A stretch of DNA of 64,000 nt, from contig CM082581.2 of the NCBI GenBank assembly GCA_040954595.2, positions 3,030,699-3,094,698 of the forward strand, given 5' to 3'. Under the pieces are notes generated by a model. It was not told the DNA's origin. It was given only the letters and a program-made list of their open reading frames with translations, and made no database searches. This document shows, one piece after another, positions 50,501-62,693 of the stretch (position 1 is its first letter; each line of letters begins with the position of its first letter). The translations under genes were made by a program, and so were the position numbers. The DNA comes from Balanoglossus misakiensis. Lineage: Eukaryota; Animalia; Hemichordata.

Positions 50501-53500
50501 ACACAAACAGTCTCAGGAAGTAAGCTTTCAGCCTACCAATGTAACTGTTATATTTTCCACTTTTTGTAAGTGAAGCCTGACTGTCGCCTGTCTTAGGTCA
50601 CCACTTCATAAGAGGTCTTACCCGTCATTGACACAAACAGTCTCAGGAAGTAAGCTTTCAGCCTACCAATGTAGCTATTATATTTTCCATTTTTTGTAAG
50701 TGAAGCCTGACTGTCGCCTGTCTTAGGTCACCACTTCATAAGCGGTCTTACCCGTCATTGGCACAAACAGTCTCAGGAAGTAAGCTTTCAGCCTACCAAT
50801 GTAGATATTATATTTTCCACTTTTTGTAAGTGAAGCCTGACTGTCGCCTGTCTTAGGTCACCACTTCATAAGCGGTCTTACCCGTCATTGGCACAAACAG
50901 TCTCAGGAAGTAAGCTTTCAGCCTACCAATGTAGCTATTATATTTTCCACTTTTTGTAAGTGAAGCCTGACTGTCGCCTGCCTTAGGTCACCACTTAATA
51001 AGAGGTCTTACCCGTCATTGGCACAAACAGTCTCAGGAAGTAAGCTTTCAGCCTACCAATGTAGCTATTATATTTTCCACTTTTTGTAAGTGAAGCCTGA
51101 CTGTCGCCTGTCTTAGGTCACCACTTCATAAGCGGTCTTACCCGTCATTGGCACAAACAGTCTCAGGAAGTAAGCTTTCAGCCTACCAATGTAGCTATTA
51201 TATTTTCCACTTTTTGTAAGTGAAGCCTGACTGTCGCCTGTCTTAGGTCACCACTTCATAAGAGGTCTTACCCGTCATTGACACAAACAGTCTCAGGAAG
51301 TAAGCTTTCAGCCTACCAATGTAACTGTTATATTTTCCATTTTTTGTAAGTGAAGCCTGACTGTCGCCTGTCTTAGGTCACCACTTCATAAGAGGTCTTA
51401 CCCGTCATTGACACAAACAGTCTCAGGAAGTAAGCTTTCAGCCTACCAATGTAGCTATTATATTTTCCATTTTTTGTAAGTGAAGCCTGACTGTCGCCTG
51501 TCTTAGGTCACCACTTCATAAGCGGTCTTACCCGTCATTGGCACAAACAGTCTCAGGAAGTAAGCTTTCAGCTTACCAATGTAGCTATTATATTTTCTAC
51601 TTTTTGTAAGTGAAGCCTGACTGTCGCCTGTCTTATGTCACCACTTCATAAGCGGTCTTACCCGTCATTGGCACAAACAGTCTCAGGAAGTAAGCTTTCA
51701 GCCTACCAATGTAGCTATTATATTTTCCACTTTTTGTAAGTGAAGCCTGACTGTCGCCTGCCTTAGGTCACCACTTAATAAGAGGTCTTACCCGTCATTG
51801 GCACAAACAGTCTCAGGAAGTAAGCTTTCAGCCTACCAATGTAGCTATTATATTTTCCACTTTTTGTAAGTGAAGCCTGACTGTCGCCTGTCTTAGGTCA
51901 CCACTTCATAAGCGGTCTTACCCGTCATTGGCACAAACAGTCTCAGGAAGTAAGCTTTCAGCCTACCAATGTAGCTGTTATATTTTCCACTTTTTGTAAG
52001 TGAAGCCTGACTGTCGCCTGTCTTAGGTCACCACTTCATAAGAGGTCTTACCCGTCATTGACACAAACAGTCTCAGGAAGTAAGCTTTCAGCCTACCAAT
52101 GTAACTGTTATATTTTCCATTTTTTGTAAGTGAAGCCTGACTGTCGCCTGTCTTAGGTCACCACTTCATAAGCGGTCTTACCCGTCATTGGCACAAACAG
52201 TCTCAGGAAGTAAGCTTTCAGCCTACCAATGTAGCTATTATATTTTCCACTTTTTGTAAGTGAAGCCTGACTGTCGCCTGTCTTAGGTCACCACTTCATA
52301 AGCGATCTTACCCGTCATTGGCACAAACAGTCTCAGGAAGTAAGCTTTCAGCCTACCAATGTAGCTATTATATTTACCACTTTTTGTAAGTGAAGCCTGA
52401 CTGTCGCCTCTCTTAGGTCACCACTTCATAAGCGGTCTTACCCGTCATTGGCACAAACAGTCTCAGGAAGTAAGCTTTCAGCCTACCAATGTAGCTGTTA
52501 TATTTTCCACTTTTTGTAAGTGAAGCTTGACTGTCGCCTGTCTTAGGTCACCACTTCATAAGAGGTCTTACCCGTCATTGACACAAACAGTCTCAGGAAG
52601 TAAGCTTTCAGCCTACCAATGTAACTGTTATATTTTCCATTTTTTGTAAGTGAAGCCTGACTGTCGCCTGTCTTAGGTCACCACTTCATAAGAGGTCTTA
52701 CCCGTCATTGACACAAACAGTCTCAGGAAGTAAGCTTTCAGCCTACCAATGTAGCTATTATATTTTCCATTTTTTGTAAGTGAAGCCTGACTGTCGCCTG
52801 TCTTAGGTCACCACTTCATAAGCGGTCTTACCCGTCATTGGCACAAACAGTCTCAGGAAGTAAGCTTTCAGCCTACCAATGTAGCTATTATATTTTCCAC
52901 TTTTTGTAAGTGAAGCCTGAATGTCGCCTGTCTTAGGTCACCACTTCATAAGCGATCTTACCCGTCATTGGCACAAACAGTCTCAGGAAGTAAGCTTTCA
53001 GCCTACCAATGTAGCTATTATATTTACCACTTTTTGTAAGTGAAGCCTGACTGTCGCCTGTCTTAGGTCACCACTTCATAAGCGGTCTTACCCGTCATTG
53101 GCACAAACAGTCTCAGGAAGTAAGCTTTCAGCCTACCAATGTAGCTATTATATTTTCCACTTTTTGTAAGTGAAGCCTGACTGTCGCCTGTCTTATGTCA
53201 CCACTTCATAAGCGGTCTTACCCGTCATTGGCACAAACAGTCTCAGGAAGTAAGCTTTCAGCCTACCAATGTAGCTATTATATTTTCCACTTTTTGTAAG
53301 TGAAGCCTGACTGTCGCCTGCCTTAGGTCACCACTTGATAAGAGGTCTTACCCGTCATTGGCACAAACAGTCTCAGGAAGTAAGCTTTCAGCCTACCAAT
53401 GTAGCTATTATATTTTCCACTTTTTGTAAGTGAAGCCTGACTGTCGCCTGTCTTAGGTCACCACTTCATAAGAGGTCTTACCCGTCATTGGCACAAACAG

Positions 53501-56500
53501 TCCCAGGAAGTAAGCTTTCAGCCTACCAATGTAGCTCTTATATTTTCCACTTTTTGTAAGTGAAGCCTGACTGTCGTTTGTTTTAGGTCACCACTTCATA
53601 AGCGGTCTTACCCGTCATTGGCACAAACAGTCTCAGGAAGTAAGCTTTCAGCCTACCAATGTAGCTATTATATTTTCCACTTTTTGTAAGTGAAGCCTGA
53701 CTGTCGCCTGTCTTAGGTCACCACTTCATAAGAGGTCTTACCCGTCATTGGCACAAACAGTCTCAGGAAGTAAGCTTTCAGCCTACCAATGTAGCTATTA
53801 TATTTTCCACTTTTTGTAAGTGAAGCCTGACTGTCGCCTGTCTTAGGTCACCACTTCATAAGCGGTCTTACCCGTCATTGGCACAAACAGTCTCAGGAAG
53901 TAAGCTTTCAGCCTACCAATGTAGCTATTATATTTTCCACTTTTTGTAAGTGAAGCCTGACTGTCGCCTGTCTTAGGTCACCACTTCATAAGCGGTCTTA
54001 CCCGTCATTGGCACAAACAGTCTCAGGAAGTAAGCTTTCAGCCTACCAATGTAGCTATTATATTTTCCACTTTTTGTAAGTGAAGCCTGACTGTCGCCTG
54101 TCTTAGGTCACCACTTCATAAGCGGTCTTACCCGTCATTGGCACAAACAGTCTCAGGAAGTAAGCTTTCAGCCTACCAATGTAGCTATTATATTTTCCAC
54201 TTTTTGTAAGTGAAGCCTGACTGTCGCCTGCCTTAGGTCACCACTTCATAAGAGGTCTTACCCGTCATTGGCACAAACAGTCTCAGGAAGTAAGCTTTCA
54301 GCCTACCAATGTAGCTATTATATTTTCCACTTTTTGTAAGTGAAGCTTGACTGTCGCCTGTCTTAGGTCACCACTTCATAAGAGGTCTTACCCGTCATTG
54401 GCACAAACAGTCCCAGGAAGTAAGCTTTCAGCGTACCAATGTAGCTATTATATTTTCCACTTTTTGTAAGTGAAGCCTGACTGTCGCCTGTCTTAGGTCA
54501 CCACTTCATAAGAGATCTTACCCGTCATTGGCACAAACAGTCTCAGGAAGTAAGCTTTCAGCCTACCAATGTAGCTATTATATTTTCCACTTTTTGTAAG
54601 TGTAGCCTGACTGTCGCCTGTCTTAGGTCACCACTTCATAAGAGGTCTTACCCGTCATTTGGCACAAACAGTCTCAGGAAATAAGCTTTCAGCCTACCAA
54701 TGTAGCTATTATATTTTCCACTTTTGTAAGTGAAGCCTGACTGTCGCCTGTCCTAGGTCACCACTTTAAAAGCGGTCTTACACGTCATTGGCAAACAGTC
54801 TCAGGAAGTAAGCTTTCAGCCTACCAATGTAGCTATTATATTTTCCACTTTTTGTAAGTGAAGCCTGACTGTCGCCTGTCTTAGGTCACCACTTCATAAG
54901 CGGTCTTACCCGTCATTGGCACAAACAGTCTCAGGAAGTAAGCTTTCAGCCTACCAATGTAGCTATTATATTTTCCACTTTTTGTAAGTGAAGCCTGTCT
55001 TAGGTCACCACTTCATAAGCGGTCTTACCCGTCATTGGCACAAACAGTCTCAGGAAGTAAGCTTTCAGCCTACCAATGTAGCTATTATATTTTCCACTTT
55101 TTGTAAGTGAAGCCTGACTGTCGCCTGTCTTAGGTCACCACTTCATAAGCCGTCTTACCCGTCATTGGCACAAACAGTCTCAGGAAGTAAGCTTTCAGCC
55201 TACCAATGTAGCTATTATATTTTCCACTTTTTGTAAGTGAAGCCTGACTGTCGCCTGTCTTAGGTCACCACTTCATAAGAGGTCTTACCCGTCATTGGCA
55301 CAAACAGTCTCAGGAAGTAAGCTTTCAGCCTACCAATGTAGCTATTATATTTTCCACTTTTTGTAAGTGAAGCCTGACTGTCGCCTGTCTTAGGTCACCA
55401 CTTCATAAGCGGTCTTACCCGTCATTGGCACAAACAGTCTCAGGAAGTAAGCTTTCAGCCTACCAATGTAGCTATTATATTTTCCACTTTTTGTAAGTGA
55501 AGCCTGACTGTCGCCTGTCTTAGGTCACCACTTCATAAGCCGTCTTACCCGTCATTGGCACAAACAGTCTCAGGAAGTAAGCTTTCAGCCTACCAATGTA
55601 GCTATTATATTTTCCACTTTTTGTAAGTGAAGCCTGACTGTCGCCTGTCTTAGGTCACCACTTCATAAGAGGTCTTACCCGTCATTGGCACAAACAGTCT
55701 CAGGAAGTAAGCTTTCAGCCTACCAATGTAGCTATTATATTTTCCACTTTTTGTAAGTGAAGCCTGACTGTCGCCTGTCTTAGGTCACCACTTCATAAGC
55801 GGTCTTACCCGTCATTGGCACAAACAGTCTCAGGAAGTAAGCTTTCAGCCTACCAATGTAGCTATTATATTTTCTACTTTTTGTAAGTGAAGCCTGACTG
55901 TCGCCTGTCTTAGGTCACCACTTCATAAGCGGTCTTACCAGTCATTGGCACAAACAGTCTCAGGAAGTAAGCTTTCAGCCTACCAATGTAGCTATTATAT
56001 TTTCCACTTTTTGTAAGTGAAGCCTGACTGTCGCCTGTCTTAGGTCACCACTTCATAAGCGGTCTTACCCGTCATTGGCACAAACAGTCTCAGGAAGTAA
56101 GCTTTCAGCCTACCAATGTAGCTATTATATTTTCTACTTTTTGTAAGTGAAGCCTGACTGTCGCCTGTCTTAGGTCACCACTTCATAAGCGGTCTTACCC
56201 GTCATTGGCACAAACAGTCTCAGGAAGTAAGCTTTCAGCCTACCAATGTAGCTATTATATTTTCCACTTTTTGTAAGTGAAGCCTGACTGTCGCCTGCCT
56301 TAGGTCACCACTTAAGAGGTCTTACCTGTCATTGGCACAAACAGTCTCAGGAAGTAAGCTTTCAGCCTACCAATGTAGCTATTATATTTTCCACTTTTTG
56401 TAAGTGAAGCCTGACTGTCGCCTGCCTTAGGTCACCACTTCATAAGAGGTCTTACCCGTCATTGGCACAAACAGTCTCAGGAAGTAAGCTTTCAGCCTAC

Positions 56501-57859
56501 CAATGTAGCTCTTATATTTTCCACTTTTTGTAAGTGAAGCCTGACTGTCGCCTGCCTTAGGTCACCACTTCATAAGAGGTCTTACCCGTCATTGGCACAA
56601 ACAGTCTCAGGAAGTAAGCTTTCAGCCTACCAATGTAGCTCTTATATTTTCCACTTTTTGTAAGTGAAGCCTGACTGTCGCCTGCCTTAGGTCACCACTT
56701 AATAAGAGGTCTTACCCGTCATTGGCACAAACAGTCTCAGGAAGTAAGCTTTCAGCCTACCAATGTAGCTATTATATTTTCCACTTTTTGTAAGTGAAGC
56801 TTGACTGTCGCCTGCCTTAGGTCACCACTTAATAAGAGGTCTTACTCGTCATTGGCACAAACAGTCTCAGGAAGTAAGCTTTCAGCCTACCAATGTAGCT
56901 ATTATATTTTCCACTTTTTGTAAGTGAAGCCTGACTGTCGCCTGTCTTAGGTCACCACTTCATAAGCCGTCTTACCCGTCATTGGCACAAACAGTCTCAG
57001 GAAGTAAGCTTTCAGCCTACCAATGTAGCTATTATATTTTCCACTTTTTGTAAGTGAAGCCTGACTGTCGCCTGTCTTAGGTCACCACTTCATAAGAGGT
57101 CTTACCCGTCATTGGCACAAACAGTCTCAGGAAGAAAGCTTTCAGCCTACCAATGTAGCTATTATATTTTCCACTTTTTGTAAGTGAAGCCTGACTGTCG
57201 CCTGTCTTAGGTCACCACTTCATAAGCGGTCTTACCCGTCATTGGCACAAACAGTCTCAAGAAGTAAGCTTTCAGCCTACCAATGTAGCTATTATATTTT
57301 CTACTTTTTGTAAGTGAAGCCTGACTGTCGCCTGTCTTAGGTCACCACTTCATAAGCGGTCTTACCCGTCATTGGCACAAACAGTCTCAGGAAGTAAGCT
57401 TTCAGCCTACCAATGTAGCTATTATATTTTCCACTTTTTGTAAGTGAAGCCTGACTGTCGCCTGTCTTAGGTCACCTCTTCATAAGCGGTCTTACCCGTC
57501 ATTGGCACAAACAGTCTCAGGAAGTAAGCTTTCAGCCTACCAATGTAGCTATTATATTTCCTACTTTTTGTAAGTGAAGCCTGACTGTCGCCTGTCTTAG
57601 GTCACCACTTCATAAGCGGTCTTACCCGTCATTGGCACAAACAGTCTCAGGAAGTAAGCTTTCAGCCTACCAATGTAGCTATTATATTTTCCACTTTTTG
57701 TAAGTGAAGCCTGACTGTCGCCTGTCTTAGGTCACCACTTCATAAGCGGTCTTACCCGTCATTGGCACAAACAGTCTCAGGAAGTAAGCTTTCAGCCTAC
57801 CAATGTAGCTATTATATTTTCCACTTTTTGTAAGTGAAGCCTGACTGTCGCCTGTCTTA

Positions 57860-60800
57860 GGTCACCACTTAAGAGGTCTTACCCGTCATTGGCACAAACA
57901 GTCTCAGGAAGTAAGCTTTCAGCCTACCAATGTAGCTATTATATTTTCCACTTTTTGTAAGTGAAGCCTGACTGTCGCCTGTCTTAGGTCACCACTTCAT
58001 AAGAGGTCTTACCCGTCATTGGCACAAACAGTCTCAGGAAGTAAGCTTTCAGCCTACCAATGTAGCTCTTATATTTTCCACTTTTTGTAAATGAAGCCTG
58101 ACTGTCGCCTGCCTTAGGTCACCACTTAATAAGAGGTCTTACCCGTCATTGGCACAAACAGTCTCAGGAAGTAAGCTTTCAGCCTACCAATGTAGCTATT
58201 ATATTTTCCACTTTTTGTAAGTGAAGCCTGACTGTAGCCTGTCTTAGGTCACCACTTCATAAGCGATCTTACCCGTCATTGGCACAAACAGTCTCAGGAA
58301 GTAAGCTTTCAGCCTACCAATGTAGCTATTATATTTTCCACTTTTTGTAAGTGTAGCCTGACTGTCGCCTGTCTTAGGTCACCACTTCATAAGAGGTCTT
58401 ACCCGTCATTTGGCACAAACAGTCTCAGGAAATAAGCTTTCAGCCTACCAATGTAGCTATTATATTTTCCACTTTTTGTAAGTGAAGCCTGACTGTCGCC
58501 TGTCTTAGGTCACCACTTTAAAAGCGGTCTTACCCGTCATTGGCAAACAGTCTCTGGAAGTAAGCTTTCAGCCTACCAATGAAGCTATTATATTTTCCAC
58601 TTTTTGTAAGTGAAGCCTGACTGTCGCCTGTCTTAGGTCACCACTTCATAAGAGGTTTACCCTTCATTGCCACAAACAGTCTCAGGAAGTAAGCTTTCAG
58701 CCTACCAATGTAGCTATTATATTTTCCACTTTTTGTAAGTGAAGCCTGACTGTCGCCTGTCTTAGGTCACCACTTCATAAGCGGTCTTACCCGTCATTGG
58801 CACAAACAGTCTCAGGAAGTAAGCTTTCAGCCTACCAATGTAGCTATTATATTTTCCACTTTTTGTAAGTGAAGCCTGACTGTCGCCTGTCTTAGGTCAC
58901 CACTTCATAAGCGGTCTTACCAGTCATTGGCACAAACAGTCTCAGGAAGTAAGCTTTCAGCCTACCAATGTAGCTATTATATTTTCCACTTTTTGTAAGT
59001 GAAGCCTGACTGTCGCCTGTCTTAGGTCACCTCTTCATAAGCGGTCTTACCCGTCATTGGCACAAACAGTCTCAGGAAGTAAGCTTTCAGCCTACCAATG
59101 TAGCTATTATATTTTCTACTTTTTGTAAGTGAAGCCTGACTGTCGCCTGTCTTAGGTCACCACTTCATAAGCGGTCTTACCCGTCATTGGCACAAACAGT
59201 CTCAGGAAGTAAGCTTTCAGCCTACCAATGTAGCTATTATATTTTCCACTTTTTGTAAGTGAAGCCTGACTGTCGCCTGTCTTAGGTCACCACTTCAATA
59301 GCGGTCTTACCCGTCATTGGCACAAACAGTCTCAGGAAGTAAGCTTTCAGCCTACCAATGTAGCTATTATATTTTCCACTTTTTGTAAGTGAAGCCTGAC
59401 TGTCGCCTGCCTTAGGTCACCACTTAAGAGGTCTTACCCGTCATTGGCACAAACAGTCTCAGGAAGTAAGCTTTCAGCCTACCAATGTAGCTATTATATT
59501 TTCCACTTTTTGTAAGTGAAGCCTGACTGTCGCCTGTCTTAGGTCACCACTTCATAAGAGGTCTTACCCGTCATTGGCACAAACAGTCTCAGGAAGTAAG
59601 CTTTCAGCCTACATATGTAGCTATTATATTTTCCACTTTTTGTAAATGAAGCCTGACTGTCGCCTGCCTTAGGTCACCACTTAATAAGAGGTCTTACCCG
59701 TCATTGGCACAAACAGTCTCAGGAAGTAAGCTTTCAGCCTACCAATGTAGCTATTATATTTTCCACTTTTTGTAAGTGAAGCCTGACTGTAGCCTGTCTT
59801 AGGTCACCACTTCATAAGCGATCTTACCCGTCATTGGCACAAACAGTCTCAGGAAGTAAGCTTTCAGCCTACCAATGTAGCTATTATATTTTCCACTTTT
59901 TGTAAGTGTAGCCTGACTGTCGCCTGTCTTAGGTCACCACTTCATAAGAGGTCTTACCCGTCATTTGGCACAAACAGTCTCAGGAAATAAGCTTTCAGCC
60001 TACCAATGTAGCTATTATATTTTCCACTTTTTGTAAGTGAAGCCTGACTGTCGCCTGTCTTAGGTCACCACTTTAAAAGCTGTCTTACCCGTCATTGGCA
60101 AACAGTCTCTGGAAGTAAGCTTTCAGCCTACCAATGAAGCTATTATATTTTCCACTTTTTGTAAGTGAAGCCTGACTGTCGCCTGTCTTAGGTCACCACT
60201 TCATAAGAGGTTTACCCTTCATTGCCACAAACAGTCTCAGGAAGTAAGCTTTCAGCCTACCAATGTAGCTATTATATTTTCCACTTTTTGTAAGTGAAGC
60301 CTGACTGTCGCCTGTCTTAGGTCACCACTTCATAAGCGGTCTTACCCGTCATTGGCACAAACAGTCTCAGGAAGTAAGCTTTCAGCCTACCAATGTAGCT
60401 ATTATATTTTCCACTTTTTGTAAGTGAAGCCTGACTGTCGCCTGTCTTAGGTCACCACTTCATAAGCGGTCTTACCAGTCATTGGCACAAACAGTCTCAG
60501 GAAGTAAGCTTTCAGCCTACCAATGTAGCTATTATATTTTCCACTATTTGTAAGTGAAGCCTGACTGTCGCCTGCCTTAGGTCACCACTTAAGAGGTCTT
60601 ACCCGTCATTGGCACAAACAGTCTCAGGAAGTAAGCTTTCAGCCTACCAATGTAGCTATTATATTTTCCACTTTTTGTAAGTGAAGCCTGACTGTCGCCT
60701 GTCTTAGGTCACCACTTCATAAGAGGTCTTACCCGTCATTGGCACAAACAGTCTCAGGAAGTAAGCTTTCAGCCTACCAATGTAGCTCTTATATTTTCCA

Positions 60801-62279
60801 CTTTTTGTAAATGAAGCCTGACTGTCGCCTGCCTTAGGTCACCACTTAATAAGAGGTCTTACCCGTCATTGGCACAAACAGTCTCAGGAAGTAAGCTTTC
60901 AGCCTACCAATGTAGCTATTATATTTTCCACTTTTTGTAAGTGAAGCCTGACTGTAGCCTGTCTTAGGTCACCACTTCATAAGCGATCTTACCCGTCATT
61001 GGCACAAACAGTCTCAGGAAGTAAGCTTTCAGCCTACCAATGTAGCTATTATATTTTCCACTTTTTGTAAGTGTAGCCTGACTGTCGCCTGTCTTAGGTC
61101 ACCACTTCATAAGAGGTCTTACCCGTCATTTGGCACAAACAGTCTCAGGAAATAAGTTTTCAGCCTACCAATGTAGCTATTATATTTTCCACTTTTTGTA
61201 AGTGAAGCCTGACTGTCGCCTGTCTTAGGTCACCACTTTAAAAGCGGTCTTACCCGTCATTGGCAAACAGTCTCTGGAAGTAAGCTTTCAGCCTACCAAT
61301 GAAGCTATTATATTTTCCACTTTTTGTAAGTGAAGCCTGACTGTCGCCTGTCTTAGGTCACCACTTCATAAGAGGTTTACCCTTCATTGCCACAAACAGT
61401 CTCAGGAAGTAAGCTTTCAGCCTACCAATGTAGCTATTATATTTTCCACTTTTTGTAAGTGAAGCCTGACTGTCGCCTGTCTTAGGTCACCACTTCATAA
61501 GCGGTCTTACCCGTCATTGGCACAAACAGTCTCAGGAAGTAAGCTTTCAGCCTACCAATGTAGCTATTATATTTTCCACTTTTTGTATGTGAAGCCTGAC
61601 TGTCGCCTGTCTTAGGTCACCACTTCATAAGCGGTCTTACCCGTCATTGGCACAAACAGTCTCAGGAAGTAAGCTTTCAGCCTACCAATGTAGCTATTAT
61701 ATTTTCCACTTTTTGTAAGTGAAGCCTGACTGTCGCCTGTCTTAGGTCACCACTTCATAAGAGGTCTTACCCGTCATTGGCACAAACAGTCTCAGGAAGT
61801 AAGCTTTCAGCCTACCAATGTAGCTATTATATTTTCCACTTTTTGTAAGTGAAGCCTGACTGTCGCCTGTCTTAGGTCACCACTTCATAAGCGGTCTTAC
61901 CCGTCATTGGCACAAACAGTCTCAGGAAGTAAGCTTTCAGCCTACCAATGTAGCTATTATATTTTCTACTTTTTGTAAGTGAAGCCTGACTGTCGCCTGT
62001 CTTAGGTCACCACTTCATAAGCGGTCTTACCCGTCATTGGCACAAACAGTCTCAGGAAGTAAGCTTTCAGCCTACCAATGTAGCTATTATATTTTCCACT
62101 TTTTGTAAGTGAAGCCTGACTGTAGCCTGTCTTAGGTCACCACTTCATAAGCGATCTTACCCGTCATTGGCACAAACAGTCTCAGGAAGTAAGCTTTCAG
62201 CCTACCAATGTAGCTATTATATTTTCCACTTTTTGTAAGTGTAGCCTGACTGTCCCCTGTCTTAGGTCACCACTTCATA
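57860..62279. repeat. Terminal diverged-monomer cassette repeated at 12-mer and 9-mer spacing
   Basis: The diagnostic GTGTAGCC occurs at 58351, 59906, 61071 and 62239 (offsets 1555, 1165, 1168). The first three copies carry linked CATTTGG, GGAAATAAG, CTTTAAAAG, GGCAAACAG and GAGGTTTAC variants. Confidence 0.8.
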
Positions 62280-62303
62280 CACTACAGACTGAATGTCCTG
62301 TTC

Positions 62304-62482
62304 TACCTGGCGCGCCTGCTCCTGAACGCAGCAAGCCAGGTGGCTCGCCTGGTTCGCCAGGCCCGGTGAGCGTGCTTGCTGAGCGCGCCAGGCTTGAATC
62401 CTGAATATTCATGAGCTACCTGGCTTGCATGGCCAGCCGGGTCACAGGAAGCGCGCTTGTTTACCTGGCGCGCTAGGCTTGC
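62304..62482. repeat. GC-rich palindromic/inverted-repeat element next to the array end (unclassified; possibly from a non-autonomous transposon)
   Basis: Inverted pairs: CCTGGCGCGC (62306-15) with GCGCGCCAGG (62383-92), and GCAAGCCAGGTGGCTC (62331-46) with GAGCTACCTGGCTTGC (62413-28; 15/16). Direct repeat TACCTGGCGCGC at 62304 and 62462. Palindromes TGAATATTCA (62402-11) and AAGCGCGCTT (62449-58). The repeat structure is seen directly; transposon origin is inference. Confidence 0.7.
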
Positions 62483-62653
62483 TCCTTGTCTATGGGCTTC
62501 ATTATGTGTAGGGAACGCGTAGACCCACGCTACCCGAAACCACAAACTCAGTCCCAAATTCGAAAGCAAGCATACACGCAAAAAGTATTGAAATTATTTA
62601 TTAAGACAAAAAACCATCAAAAACACCTTAACTATTTAGATTTAAAAATCGCC

Positions 62654-62693
62654 AAGCGACTAGTGGGCCAGTCTACTGGCGCACCGGTCGCTT
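62654..62693. repeat. 40-bp imperfect palindrome (hairpin)
   Basis: AAGCGACTAGTGGGCCAGT-CT-ACTGGCGCACCGGTCGCTT: 19-nt arms with 16 Watson-Crick pairs, 1 G-T pair and 2 mismatches. Confidence 0.8.

Larger units (their letters stand above)
1..62279. repeat. Tandem satellite DNA array, 130-bp monomer, about 479 head-to-tail copies (HindIII/BstEII-type); continues beyond the 5' window edge
   Basis: TTTCCACTTT recurs at 1, 131, 261, 391, 521 and 651 (period 130). The period holds through the window apart from small indels. The last match to consensus is ...CTTAGGTCACCACTTCATA at 62279. No unique spacers and no inverted monomers were seen. Confidence 0.99.

Noticed and set aside
1-62279. CRISPR array
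   Set aside because: The whole 130-bp unit repeats. There are no unique spacers and no cas genes.
62303-62581. 92-aa minus-strand ORF
   Set aside because: It overlaps the GC-rich palindromic element, where stops are naturally rare. It is Ala/Arg-rich with no recognisable domain.
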